Origin: Candidatus Eiseniibacteriota bacterium
Lineage (GTDB): Bacteria; Eisenbacteria; RBG-16-71-46; CAZAMP01
NCBI GenBank assembly: GCA_965224245.1
Contig: OZ245046.1
Location: 3,296,001 to 3,360,000, forward strand
Length of the DNA stretch: 64,000 nt
Direction of reading: 5' to 3'
Below, piece after piece: positions 41,930 through 51,781 of this stretch. The translations under genes and the position numbers were made by a program. The number at the start of each line of letters is the position of its first letter. Positions within the stretch are counted from its first letter, which is position 1. The notes under the pieces were generated by a model. The model made no database searches, was not told where the DNA came from, and saw only the letters and a program-made list of their open reading frames with translations.

Positions 41930-44659
41930 CTACTTCTGGGCGAGCCGGTAGATTCCATCCGGCCGGAACACGTCCCGGGCCAGCGCGTTGACCTCGTCCA
42001 GACCCACCCCCTCGATCGCGTCCACCGCGCGCGTGACCCGCTCGATGTTGGCGCCGTTGCCCACCGCGACCGCCAGCCGCCACGCCATGACCGAGTTGTC
42101 CTGCGCTCCCAGTACCCACGCGTTGCGGAGCTTCTGGATGGCGTCGCCGAAGACGTCCTCCCCGAAGCCCTCCTCGACGTACCGCGAGAGATCGGACTCG
42201 AAGGCCGCGAGGGTCTCGTCGAACCGCTCCCGCTGGACGTCGTTCTCCAGGATCCAGGTGCCGGCCCCCCAGTTGGGCCAGAACCGGATCCACGACCGGT
42301 AGGAGACCCCCATGTCGTAGACGTACTTGTAGAAGTGGTCGTCCCCCGCGAGTCTGGAGAGGACCGTGGACACCGCGAAGGCGTGGTCGTCGTCGAAGCT
42401 CACGCCGGGTCGACCCCAGTTGACGGTCCACTGGTCCTTGCCCATCTCGAGCGCTTCCAGGGCCGCCGGTGGCGACCAGGCGGGCAGCTCCGGCCGGACC
42501 ACCGGCCCGGCCGGCTCGGCCGGAACGTCGCTCCAGTGCGACGCGATCCAGTCGGCCATCTCCGCCGGCTCCACGTTCCCGACCAGGCTCACCACGGTCC
42601 GATCGGGCGTCCAGTGCGCGTCGTGAAACGCGCGCAGATCCTGGGCGGTGATGGACGCGAGCGTCTCCTCGGTGCCGGCCGTGGGACGCCCGTACGGATG
42701 GCCCCGGTAGGCCCGCGCGTAGAACTCCTGCTTGATGTACTCGAGGTTGTTCTCGGGCAAGCGACGGACCTCGTCCAGGAGGTCGGATCGGAGCTTCTCG
42801 ACCACGGTCTCCTCGAACGACGGAAAGAAGAGCGTCTCCTTCAGGATCGCGAGGATCTCGGGGGCCTGCGAGCGGAGCGCCACGACGTGATGCGCGCCGG
42901 AATCCCGGTAGTCCTGCTGGCGAGACGTGTTCGCGCGGCTCCCCACCGAGATGTGCGCGCTGGTCTCGATGGCCAGCGACGCGGTCAGGCGGTCGAAGCC
43001 CTCGCGGTCCCATCGCCGCGTCTCGCGCATGCCGAGCTCGGCCACGAAGCGATTGATCCCCGCCTTCTCGGGCGGCTCGACCCACTGTCCGCCCAGCACC
43101 CGCGCCGACGCGGCCAGAAGCTCCGAGGCGTCCCTGGGGCGCACGATGAGCGTCAATCCGTTCTCGTAGTCGTAGCGGTACACGCCATCCACGGGTGACG
43201 CCGGGGTGAACGCCAGGGGCTCACCGGACGGCGGCACGAGCGCCCCCGCCGCGTCGAGATCCGGGACGTCGATCGGCGGCGGGGCCTCCGGCTCGACTCG
43301 AACCGCGAGAACGTCGCCGGGCTGGACGTCCTGGGGATGGACGATCGCGGTCGTCACGCGGCGGGGGCGCAGCCAGCGCTCCTTGGCCGCCTGAACGTCC
43401 TCGGGGGTGACCGCGCGGAGCTCGTCGAGGTAGGCGCGCGCGCGGTCGAGGCCGCGGCGGCTGGCCAGGACCCCGATGCGCGAGCTGAGATCCGAGAGCG
43501 TCTCCCGCTGACGCGCCTCGTCGGCGATCATCGAGCGCAGCGTCTCGTCGAACACCGACCGCGGGATGGCGGTCGCGTCGAAGGACATCACGAAGTCCTG
43601 GATGAACGCGCGCACGGCCTCGGTGTTCTCGGGCGCGAAGCGGGCCCAGATCCGGAACGCGCCGTGGTCGCGCATCACGTAGTGCCCCGCGAACACCCCA
43701 GTCACCCACTTCTCCTGCTCCACGAGGTACTGGGGCAGCCCGGCCGTCGAATCGTTCAGGAGCGCGGCGAGCACGTCGAGCGCCAGGACGTCGGGATCGG
43801 AGCCGCCGGGGGTCAGAACGCCGGTCAGGAGCTCGGTGCTCGTGGCCTGCGTGAGGTGGTCCACGCGCGTCCGGGGTCCGAGCTGCTCGGGCTCGGGGAG
43901 GCCCAGCTCGAACGACGCCGGTCCCGGCGAGAGCCCCCCGAAGACCTCACCTACCTCGCGCAGGATCTCGTCTCGCTCGAAGTCGCCCGCCAGGCAGAGA
44001 ATCATGTGGTTGGGCGTGAAGCGCTCGCGGTAGTACGCCTCGGTCAGGTGCATGTCGAGCTCCCGGACCGCCTTCTCCGATCCGATGACCGGACGGCCGT
44101 ACGGGTGCACCGTGAACGCCGTGGCATCCCACGCGTTGTACAGGAGGTTCCCTGGGCGCTCGAAGCCCCTCTCCATCTCCTGGAACACGACCTTCTTCTC
44201 GGCCTCGAACCACTCCTGCTCGAACTGGAGATCCAGGAGCCCCTCTCGAAACGTCCGGAACGCCTCGGAGAACGTCTCCACCGGCGCCTCGAAGCCGAAG
44301 TTGATCTCGTCGTCCCAGGTCCAGCCGCCGCTCTCCCGTCCCAGCGTGCTCATGCGCTTGCGAAACTCGGTCGGCGCGAGGTTCGGGGTTCCCCCCTTGA
44401 ACACGAGGTGCTCGATGTAGTGCAGCGAGCCCTGGTAATACTCGTCCTCGGTCCGCCCCCCCGTCGTCACGTAGAGATCGCAGGCGATGATCGGATGGGC
44501 GTGTCGTTCGGCGAGCAGCACGGTGAGCCCGTTGTCGAGCACGACTACCTCGAACCCGGACGTGGCGTCCGATCCGGGGGATGCGGGTGCCGCCGGAGTC
44601 GAGCCGGGCAGCGTGAGCGCTCCCGCGAGCGCTGCGATGCAAACCGTCTTCACGTTCAT
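41930..44659 (-). CDS. M16 family peptidase, secreted
   Basis: Start MNVKTV after GAGG; LDNGLTVL, HYIEHLVFKG, HPYGRP twice. Confidence 0.92.
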   Translation of the reverse strand: MNVKTVCIAALAGALTLPGSTPAAPASPGSDATSGFEVVVLDNGLTVLLAERHAHPIIACDLYVTTGGRTEDEYYQGSLHYIEHLVFKGGTPNLAPTEFRKRMSTLGRESGGWTWDDEINFGFEAPVETFSEAFRTFREGLLDLQFEQEWFEAEKKVVFQEMERGFERPGNLLYNAWDATAFTVHPYGRPVIGSEKAVRELDMHLTEAYYRERFTPNHMILCLAGDFERDEILREVGEVFGGLSPGPASFELGLPEPEQLGPRTRVDHLTQATSTELLTGVLTPGGSDPDVLALDVLAALLNDSTAGLPQYLVEQEKWVTGVFAGHYVMRDHGAFRIWARFAPENTEAVRAFIQDFVMSFDATAIPRSVFDETLRSMIADEARQRETLSDLSSRIGVLASRRGLDRARAYLDELRAVTPEDVQAAKERWLRPRRVTTAIVHPQDVQPGDVLAVRVEPEAPPPIDVPDLDAAGALVPPSGEPLAFTPASPVDGVYRYDYENGLTLIVRPRDASELLAASARVLGGQWVEPPEKAGINRFVAELGMRETRRWDREGFDRLTASLAIETSAHISVGSRANTSRQQDYRDSGAHHVVALRSQAPEILAILKETLFFPSFEETVVEKLRSDLLDEVRRLPENNLEYIKQEFYARAYRGHPYGRPTAGTEETLASITAQDLRAFHDAHWTPDRTVVSLVGNVEPAEMADWIASHWSDVPAEPAGPVVRPELPAWSPPAALEALEMGKDQWTVNWGRPGVSFDDDHAFAVSTVLSRLAGDDHFYKYVYDMGVSYRSWIRFWPNWGAGTWILENDVQRERFDETLAAFESDLSRYVEEGFGEDVFGDAIQKLRNAWVLGAQDNSVMAWRLAVAVGNGANIERVTRAVDAIEGVGLDEVNALARDVFRPDGIYRLAQK

Positions 44660-44697
44660 GGTCACCTCGTCCGCGAGTCGTCGTGCATGATGGTCAC

Positions 44698-46566
44698 TCA
44701 GCGGTTCTCCAGTCGATCGACCTGCTCGAGCATGCTGCGTGCAACCGGTCCGGACATGACCGGATCGATCTCCAGCGCGCGCTCGAACTGCCGGCGTCCC
44801 GCTTCGAGATCGCCGCGAACACAGTAGATCTGTCCTCGAGAGATGTAGATCCCGCCCTCTCGAGGATCCAGGGCCTCGGCCTCGTCGATCGCCGCCAGCG
44901 CATCGTCGTAGGCGCCGGCCAGCGTCAGCAGCTGTCCGAGCCGCACCCAGCGCTCGGCGGTGGGCTGGAGCGCGATCGCCTTCCTGATCGCCTCCGCGGC
45001 CCGGTCCGGTCGCTGGAGACGCTGGTGGATGGTCGAGGCGTAGTGCCACGCCTGCGCGTCGCGCGGGTTCTCCTCGAGCGCGGCCTCGATCTCGGCCAGG
45101 GCCTCGTCGTGGTGCCCGGCGGCGCTCCGCTCCATCGCCCGGGATGCGCGTTCCCAGGCTCCGATCATGTCCTTCGGGTCGGGTCGCGCGTCGGACGACG
45201 ACGCCGGCCGGCTTCCGGCCCCGACGTAGCCCAGCGCGGCCAGGCGCCGTCGCTGCTCGGGCGTGACGGACGCCGCCCGGTCGGCCGACGGCTCGACCGG
45301 CGGCCACGCCGAGAGCCGCCGGTCCAGCTCGGTCACGAGCACATCCAGCGCATCCGGATACTCCCGATATCGGTTCGTCAGCTCGCCGGGATCCTCCTCG
45401 ACGACGTAGTACTCGGGCTCCGGGGCTCGGATGTACTTGTCGTGGAGGCGGCGCAGGCCGAACAGGGGCGCCCAGCCGTGGTTCTCCAGCGGCACCAGCG
45501 TCTCCACGTAGATCGCGCGTGATCGATCTCCCCGGGCCAGGAGATGGCGGGCCGTCGGGCTCGGCGGTGCGCCCGCGATGCCCAGGAGGTCCAGGACGGT
45601 CGGCATCACGTCGACGAGCCCCACGACGCGGTCGGATACGCGCACCGCTTCGGGAAACAGCGCCGGTGCATGCAGGACCAGGGGGACGCGCTGCGTGGTG
45701 TCGTAGACGAGGCGTGAGTGCGTCGCCTCTCCGTGATCCCCCAGCCCCTCACCGTGATCGGCGGTCAGGACGACGAGCGTGGTGGGTAGCACGTCCGCCA
45801 GGTAGAGATGCGTCATCAGGCCATCCACGTTCGCGTCGATGAAGGCGATCTCGCCGTCGTACGGCTCGTTCTCGTACTCCTCGAAGAAGCCGGGACCGAG
45901 CTCGTACGGCTGATGGGCGTCGAAGTAGTGGACCCACATGAAGAACGGCTGGCCGGACGCGCGATCGCGGTACGCGTCGAACCAGTCGACCGCCGACCGG
46001 GTCACGACGTCCGCACGACGCTGATTCAGGTGCCCTGCGCGGGTCTTGCCCGCCGTCGCCTCGATTGCGTCGTCGTAGGTGTGAAACCCCTGTGCGAGCC
46101 CGTAGCGCGAGTCGAGGACGTAGCTCGCCACGAACGCGGCGGTCTCGTAGCCGGCGTCGCGGAGAACCTCCGCCATCGTCACCACGTCGTCCGCGACGAC
46201 GTAGCTCCCGTTGTTGCGCACCCCGTGATCGGGGGGCTCGAGCCCGGTGAAGATCGTCGCGTGGGACGGAAGGGTCGTCGGGGTCGGCGCGATCGCCTGC
46301 TCGAAGACGATGCCCGGCGCCGCGAAACGATCCAGCGTCCGCGTGCTGCCACGCTCGTAGCCGTACGTGCCGAGCCGGTCGGCGCGCACGGTGTCGAGCG
46401 TGATCACGAGCAGATTGAAATCGGTGGCACGGCCGGTCATGGTGTCGGCGGCGTCGGCAGCGTCCGCGGCGGCGCCGGCGAGTCCGCAGAGGACCGCGAT
46501 CCACGAGCGCGTGCCGGCGGCAGGGCGGCATCCGGCGCGCCGGAGCCGGTTGTGGTTTCGGTGCAC
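44698..46566 (-). CDS. Sulfatase-like (alkaline phosphatase superfamily) hydrolase with C-terminal TPRs
   Basis: ITLDTVRAD, TTLPSHATIFTG, HYFDAH, TADHGE, LAALGYV, then TPRs. Confidence 0.9.
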   Translation of the reverse strand: MHRNHNRLRRAGCRPAAGTRSWIAVLCGLAGAAADAADAADTMTGRATDFNLLVITLDTVRADRLGTYGYERGSTRTLDRFAAPGIVFEQAIAPTPTTLPSHATIFTGLEPPDHGVRNNGSYVVADDVVTMAEVLRDAGYETAAFVASYVLDSRYGLAQGFHTYDDAIEATAGKTRAGHLNQRRADVVTRSAVDWFDAYRDRASGQPFFMWVHYFDAHQPYELGPGFFEEYENEPYDGEIAFIDANVDGLMTHLYLADVLPTTLVVLTADHGEGLGDHGEATHSRLVYDTTQRVPLVLHAPALFPEAVRVSDRVVGLVDVMPTVLDLLGIAGAPPSPTARHLLARGDRSRAIYVETLVPLENHGWAPLFGLRRLHDKYIRAPEPEYYVVEEDPGELTNRYREYPDALDVLVTELDRRLSAWPPVEPSADRAASVTPEQRRRLAALGYVGAGSRPASSSDARPDPKDMIGAWERASRAMERSAAGHHDEALAEIEAALEENPRDAQAWHYASTIHQRLQRPDRAAEAIRKAIALQPTAERWVRLGQLLTLAGAYDDALAAIDEAEALDPREGGIYISRGQIYCVRGDLEAGRRQFERALEIDPVMSGPVARSMLEQVDRLENR

Positions 46567-46622
46567 GGCAGCCTCTCGTCGGGGTTCGAGTCGCGGCGCA
46601 TTCTAACCGACCCGGGACGACC

Positions 46623-47285
46623 ATGAGAACCCGATCACCCCAGGCGATGGCACCCCCGGGCGCCATGCGGCGCCTGGGCCCGCTGATCATGCCCTACGCG
46701 GTGATGCTGGTCGGCCTTCACGGCATCGGCAGCGCGTGGGGCGCGATGCTCGCCTACCACGCGATCGCGGTCGTATGGATGGGCCGCTCCCGCGGCCGGG
46801 TCTTCCGCCTACTCACCGCCGGACGCGACGCCAGGTTCCTCGCCGTCGCGATCGTCTTCGGCGCGATCGGCGGGCTCCTGATGCACGCGCTCGCCCCGTG
46901 GCTGGACGCGAACCGGTCCCTTCACGCCATGATGCAGGACGCACTCGCCACGTACGGTTTCGGGGAGCGGTCCTGGATCGCGTTCGCCGCCTACCATGGG
47001 ATCGTGAACCCCGTCGTGGAGGAGGCGTACTGGCGGGGCTGGCTCGGCTCGCCGGCGCGCGGCCTCCGGATCGAGGACGTCGCGTTCGCCGGCTATCATC
47101 TCGTCGTGCTGGCACCGTTCATCGAGCCGATCTGGCTCGGGGTCAGCCTCGTCTCGCTGACCGCGGCGGCCTGGCTCTGGCGCCGGGCACGGGTGCATAC
47201 TGGCGGGCTCGCTCCGGCCGTGGCCAGTCACATGGCCGCCGACGTCTCGATCATGTGGGTCCTGACCCGTCACGCGTCCGGGTGA
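46623..47285 (+). CDS. CPBP (CAAX/Abi) family intramembrane metalloprotease
   Basis: EEAYWRG, FAGYH, SHMAAD motifs in a multi-TM protein; start uncertain. Confidence 0.85.
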   Translation: MRTRSPQAMAPPGAMRRLGPLIMPYAVMLVGLHGIGSAWGAMLAYHAIAVVWMGRSRGRVFRLLTAGRDARFLAVAIVFGAIGGLLMHALAPWLDANRSLHAMMQDALATYGFGERSWIAFAAYHGIVNPVVEEAYWRGWLGSPARGLRIEDVAFAGYHLVVLAPFIEPIWLGVSLVSLTAAAWLWRRARVHTGGLAPAVASHMAADVSIMWVLTRHASG

Positions 47286-47310
47286 TGCGCGGAGAGCCCA
47301 GTGCGCGTCG

Positions 47311-48600
47311 TCACCCGCCGGCGAGCTCCGGATTGAAGTACCCGTAGCGGAGCGCGGGATGCACGGCACGGAGCTCGGCCATCAGCCAGCGCATGCCGCG
47401 CCCGGGACGGACGGCCCCTGCCGGGAGGATCCGTGCATACAGCTCGGGATCGATGTTCAGATTGCGCATCTGGATCATGTCGAGCCCGACCTCCGCGATC
47501 AGGCGCAGGAGCGCGTCGCGCTCGGCCTCGGTGTCCGTCACCCCGGGGAAGCACAGGAGGTTGATCGACGTGTGCCCGCCGTGATCGTGAACGATGCGCA
47601 GGCTTTCGACCACGTCGCCGCCGTCGTAGCCGCGGGGCTGATAGTACGCACGATAGACGTCGGGGCGCGGCGAGTTCAGGCTCGCGCGCATCGCGTCCAG
47701 CCCGGCCTCGCACAGGCGACGGACCACGTCGGGTCGACTGGCGTTCGAGTTCAGGTTGATCGTGCCGCGCGACGTCGCGGCCCGGATCTGGCGCGTGGCC
47801 TCCACCAGCACGTCACCGAGGAGAAGCGGCTCGCCTTCGCACCCCTGACCGAAGCTCACGACGCCATCCGGCACGCGCGAGAGATGTCCGAGCGCGACCG
47901 CCGCGACCTCGTCCGGTCGCGGGGCCACGTCCAGCCGCTCGTGGCTCGCCCGGAACTGCCCGTCGGGCTGTAGCGAGATGCAGCCCACGCACTGCGCGTT
48001 GCACGCGACGCTCACCGGCAGGGGCGCCTCGTGTCGTCCGAGGAAGTAGTTCTGGGATGCGCGACACGCGTACTCCAGCGCACAGCGCTCGAGCTGCTCC
48101 ACGACGCGATTGGATCCGAGCTCCCTGCGACGGGCGGCCACGCCGCGGCGAATCGCGCCGTCGTCGAAGCGCCACGGCTCCTGCCGGGGATCGGGATCCA
48201 CGCGCACCGCGCTGACCCAGTAGCGCTCGTCCGCGAAGCCGATCGCCGTGTACGCGTACGTGGGCAGCGTCGGCGCCTCGCCGGCGGTCACGAACGCGAC
48301 GCTGTGACACGACGTGTGGGCCGGCGACAGAAACGCCGCCACCGCCCGCGCCTCGCCGCCCATCCAGCGGTCGACGCGAACCGGATCGCCGCTGACGGGG
48401 TCCACGCCGACCGGGCGGCGGGCCGGCAGCGCGAAGAGATCGCTCCCGCGCGGCAGCTCGATCAGCTCCTCGACCGGCAGCGGCCGGGGGCCGGCGCCCC
48501 GCTCCCCCGCCACCAGGAGCCGGTCGTGGTCGTAGATGCGGCCCTCGCGGTCGGCCACGAGCAACCGAACGGGCTCTCGCGGCCGGCGTCCGGGGGTCAA
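47311..48600 (-). CDS. Radical SAM protein of unknown function
   Basis: CNAQCVGC (CxxxCxxC), SFGQGCEGEPLL, MIQMRNLNIDPE; TTG start overlapping the upstream stop. Confidence 0.9.
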   Translation of the reverse strand: MTPGRRPREPVRLLVADREGRIYDHDRLLVAGERGAGPRPLPVEELIELPRGSDLFALPARRPVGVDPVSGDPVRVDRWMGGEARAVAAFLSPAHTSCHSVAFVTAGEAPTLPTYAYTAIGFADERYWVSAVRVDPDPRQEPWRFDDGAIRRGVAARRRELGSNRVVEQLERCALEYACRASQNYFLGRHEAPLPVSVACNAQCVGCISLQPDGQFRASHERLDVAPRPDEVAAVALGHLSRVPDGVVSFGQGCEGEPLLLGDVLVEATRQIRAATSRGTINLNSNASRPDVVRRLCEAGLDAMRASLNSPRPDVYRAYYQPRGYDGGDVVESLRIVHDHGGHTSINLLCFPGVTDTEAERDALLRLIAEVGLDMIQMRNLNIDPELYARILPAGAVRPGRGMRWLMAELRAVHPALRYGYFNPELAGG

Positions 48601-50048
48601 CGCACGCCCCTCCCGCCCAGCCAGAGCACGCGCGCGCTGGCATCGCCGGCCCGGATCCAGTAGAGCCCGGCAGGCGCGGGCCGCCCCGCGGCCAGCATCC
48701 CGTCCCAGCGGGCGCGTCGGTCGTCGGAGACCTGGAGCCAGCGCACGTGCCGTCCGGCCGCGTCGACCACCTCCGCGCGATCGACGGCACCGGCATCGGG
48801 CAACGTGACCCGGATCGACGTCGTCGACGGATTCGGAGAGACGCGGATCACGCGTGGCGAGTCGGCGACCGGCGGGACCCCGACCGCGTCACACCCCCCG
48901 TAGCCGACGCCCCCCACGATGCCGCAGTAGGCGCCGTCCGGGTGGAAGCCCGGCAGGCACGGGGAGTCGACCCGGAGCCCCAGCCCGGCGTCGGGATCGC
49001 AGTAGCGGGGATCGGTCGAGAAGTTGCCGTCGACGCCCAGCTGAGCGGCGATCGGCCCGACCCAGTCGCCACCCGCATTGCCATGGATGTCGGTGCACGC
49101 GAACGCCGGTGCCGACTCGGTGAGCGCCACCGCCGGTCCCCCGAGCCCGTCGGTCACCAGCGTCGATACGACGACGGGGTCGGACCGCTCGAACTCGAAC
49201 GCCGACCCGTCGGCCGCCTCGTTGCGGTGGAACGTGCAGCTCTCGATCCGGGCGTGCGAGAGCCGGGCCAGCCGGACGCCGGCCCCCGTCGAGGCGACGT
49301 TGCCGACGAACGAGCAGTGCGAGATGGTGGGCAGCGCGAGCCACCAAGCGGAGACGGCCGCGCCGGTGATCGCGGTGTTCTCGACGAACTCGCAGTCCCG
49401 CACCTCTGGCGACATCCGGTACAGGAAGAGGGCGCCTCCCGACGAGTCGGCCGCGTTCCGTTCGAAGCGGCAGCCGCGAAGCTCGGGCTCGATGTAGGCC
49501 GCATAGACCGCACCCCCGAACGTGGAGCGGTTGTCCTCGAACACGCAGTCCACGATCACCGGCGACGAGACGTCCGAGCGCAGACCGCCGCCCTTCGCGT
49601 ACTCGCCCTGCGTGGCGTTGTCCACCAGATGACAGCGGCGGATCACCGGCGAGGACTGATAGCAGTAGATGCCGCCGCCGCTTCCGAACGGCCGGCCGCG
49701 CGTGATGCGCAGCCCCTCTATGACCGCGTCCTCGACGTACTCGCAGGCGATCCCGCGCCCGGCCAGCTCGGCGTCGATCGTCACGCAGTCCGGTTCGCCG
49801 TCCACGCTGCGCAGGGTGACCCCGGACTTCATCTCGAGGTCGTGCTCGAGGTAGGTGCCGCAGGCGACCGACACGGTGTCCCCCGGCGTCGCCAGCGCCA
49901 GGCCGGCTGCGATCGTCTCGGCGTCCCCGCCGCCGTCCTGACGCACCGAGATCACTCCCGCCGCGGCGGGCACGATCGGGGTCACGAGGAGGAGCGTCGC
50001 GATCGCGCGACTGACACGAGCCGGCATCCTGTGCGCGGAGAGAAGCAT
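48597..50048 (-). CDS. Secreted right-handed parallel beta-helix protein with FlgD-like C-terminal domain
   Basis: GDTVSVACGTY, repeated GGG/A..SSP.I..C.F..N units, DPRYC, C-terminal PNP...GRHVR...WDG...GLYW. Confidence 0.88.
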   Translation of the reverse strand: MLLSAHRMPARVSRAIATLLLVTPIVPAAAGVISVRQDGGGDAETIAAGLALATPGDTVSVACGTYLEHDLEMKSGVTLRSVDGEPDCVTIDAELAGRGIACEYVEDAVIEGLRITRGRPFGSGGGIYCYQSSPVIRRCHLVDNATQGEYAKGGGLRSDVSSPVIVDCVFEDNRSTFGGAVYAAYIEPELRGCRFERNAADSSGGALFLYRMSPEVRDCEFVENTAITGAAVSAWWLALPTISHCSFVGNVASTGAGVRLARLSHARIESCTFHRNEAADGSAFEFERSDPVVVSTLVTDGLGGPAVALTESAPAFACTDIHGNAGGDWVGPIAAQLGVDGNFSTDPRYCDPDAGLGLRVDSPCLPGFHPDGAYCGIVGGVGYGGCDAVGVPPVADSPRVIRVSPNPSTTSIRVTLPDAGAVDRAEVVDAAGRHVRWLQVSDDRRARWDGMLAAGRPAPAGLYWIRAGDASARVLWLGGRGVR

Positions 50049-50054
50049 GCAACC

Positions 50055-50060
50055 AGTATA
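50055..50060 (-). promoter_or_regulatory. -10 box TATACT, leaderless promoter
   Basis: Minus strand gcTATACTggttgcATG: 6 nt before the start, no SD. Confidence 0.6.
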
Positions 50061-50113
50061 GCCCGGTCGATCGGCGCAGCGCGACGGGTCGAGCCCACGC
50101 TCGGCCGCGCGGC

Positions 50114-51781
50114 TCACTGGCGCCATCCCCGACGGTAGGCGTCCACGAGGACCGGCCGCATCTTGGTGTTCACCGGCACGTCGGCGCTCGCCACCAGCGC
50201 GTCTCGCCCGAACGTGAATGCGGCGTCGATCACGTCGGGGGTCACGTACCGGACCCCCACCGGAAGCCGGCGCACGTCGCGAAGACGTTCGCGCATCTCC
50301 TCGGCCGACGGTCCGGCGAGCCAGGCCAGATGCCACCCCCACTCGCCGAAGCTCGGCACGTGGTCGTGATAGGGCAGCGTCCGGAAACCCGCCGCGTCGA
50401 GCGTGCGACCGATGCAGACGAAGGCGTCCTTGGCCTCGTACGGGCTCGTCGACTGCACCGACACGACCGTCCCGGCGCCCATGCGCGCGCCGAGCGCGCG
50501 ATAGAACTCGGCCGAGTAGAGCTTGGCCAGCTCGACGGTGTCGGGATCTGGGAAGTCGATGATGACGACGTCGGCCGGAACCGCTGCATCGGCCACGAAG
50601 CGATCCGCGTCCACGTTCACGACGTGAACCTCTGCCGTGTCGTACGTGGAGTCGTCCAGGAGCGAGTGGGCCAGGTGAGACGGCTGGCGGAGCGTGACGC
50701 TCGCGCCCGGCGTGATCCCCGATGCGGCGACCTCCCGTACGCGCGCGTCGACCAGCGCGTGCCGGTTCAGGGTCACGAGCTCGGGATGCGTCGCGAACAG
50801 CTCGGTCACCGCCGGATCCAGATCCACGAGCGTGACCTCGCGCACGTCACCGTAGCGCAGCACCTCTCGGAGGGCCAGCCCGTCGCCGCCCCCCAGGATC
50901 AGCACCCGCTCGCGACGGGGCGCGATCGCCATCGGGACGTGTACGAGCAGCTCGTGGTAGATGGCCTCGTCGCGTGAGGAGAACTGGAGATGGCCGTTGA
51001 TGTAGAACCGCACGTCGTCGGCGCGCTTGGTGATCACGAGATGCTGGTAGGGCGACGTCGTCGAGACCACGATCGGATCCCGGTAGCAGCGCTGCTCCAG
51101 CGTCGCCATCACGCGGTCGGCGTTCACGAAGGCAACCCCGAGGGTGCCCACGGCCGCCACCGTCGCCGCGGCCAGGGGCGTCCGCCGCCGTACGAGCGGC
51201 CAGAAGTAGGCCAGCCCACCCACCGCGAGGAGGACGTTGACGATGCCGAGCGCGGCGGCGATCTCGGGGATCGACACGTGCCGGATCAGCACGTACGCGA
51301 ACAGGAGTGCGCCGACGAGGGCTCCCACGTAGTCCATGCTGAGGATCTCGGAGAGGTTGGCCCTGAGCGTGCGGGAGTACTGCGTGTTCACACGCAGCAG
51401 CACCGGGATCTCGAGCCCGATCAGGGCGCCCACGATGAACGCGAACCCGTACAGCACCACCTCGTAGGCGGGGGACGCCACGAACACCGCGTAGATGGCC
51501 AGCGTGCTGAGTCCCCCGAACACGCCGAGCAGGATCTCGATCCCCAGGAAGACGTCTATCAGGTCGCCCACGAGCTGCCGCTGCGCGACGGCACCCACCC
51601 CCATCGCGAACATCATGATCCCGATGATCACGAAGACCTGCTCGTACGAGCTGCCCATCAGGTGGTTGCCGAGAACGCCGAGCGTGTACTCGTAGATGAT
51701 CCCGCACGCCCCCATGACCAGCATCGAGAGCGCGAGCACCCATCTCGCGTGGCGATACCGCCTGGTCCGGTCGGCTGGCAT
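50114..51781 (-). CDS. speE: Membrane-fused polyamine aminopropyltransferase (spermidine synthase-like)
   Basis: N-terminal multi-TM domain (GIIYE, GLEIP, DYVGAL), SPYQ, YINGHLQFSSRDEAIYHE, LILGGGDGLALREVL, IDFPDP, KLYS.EFY, VPSFGEWG. Confidence 0.9.
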   Translation of the reverse strand: MPADRTRRYRHARWVLALSMLVMGACGIIYEYTLGVLGNHLMGSSYEQVFVIIGIMMFAMGVGAVAQRQLVGDLIDVFLGIEILLGVFGGLSTLAIYAVFVASPAYEVVLYGFAFIVGALIGLEIPVLLRVNTQYSRTLRANLSEILSMDYVGALVGALLFAYVLIRHVSIPEIAAALGIVNVLLAVGGLAYFWPLVRRRTPLAAATVAAVGTLGVAFVNADRVMATLEQRCYRDPIVVSTTSPYQHLVITKRADDVRFYINGHLQFSSRDEAIYHELLVHVPMAIAPRRERVLILGGGDGLALREVLRYGDVREVTLVDLDPAVTELFATHPELVTLNRHALVDARVREVAASGITPGASVTLRQPSHLAHSLLDDSTYDTAEVHVVNVDADRFVADAAVPADVVIIDFPDPDTVELAKLYSAEFYRALGARMGAGTVVSVQSTSPYEAKDAFVCIGRTLDAAGFRTLPYHDHVPSFGEWGWHLAWLAGPSAEEMRERLRDVRRLPVGVRYVTPDVIDAAFTFGRDALVASADVPVNTKMRPVLVDAYRRGWRQ

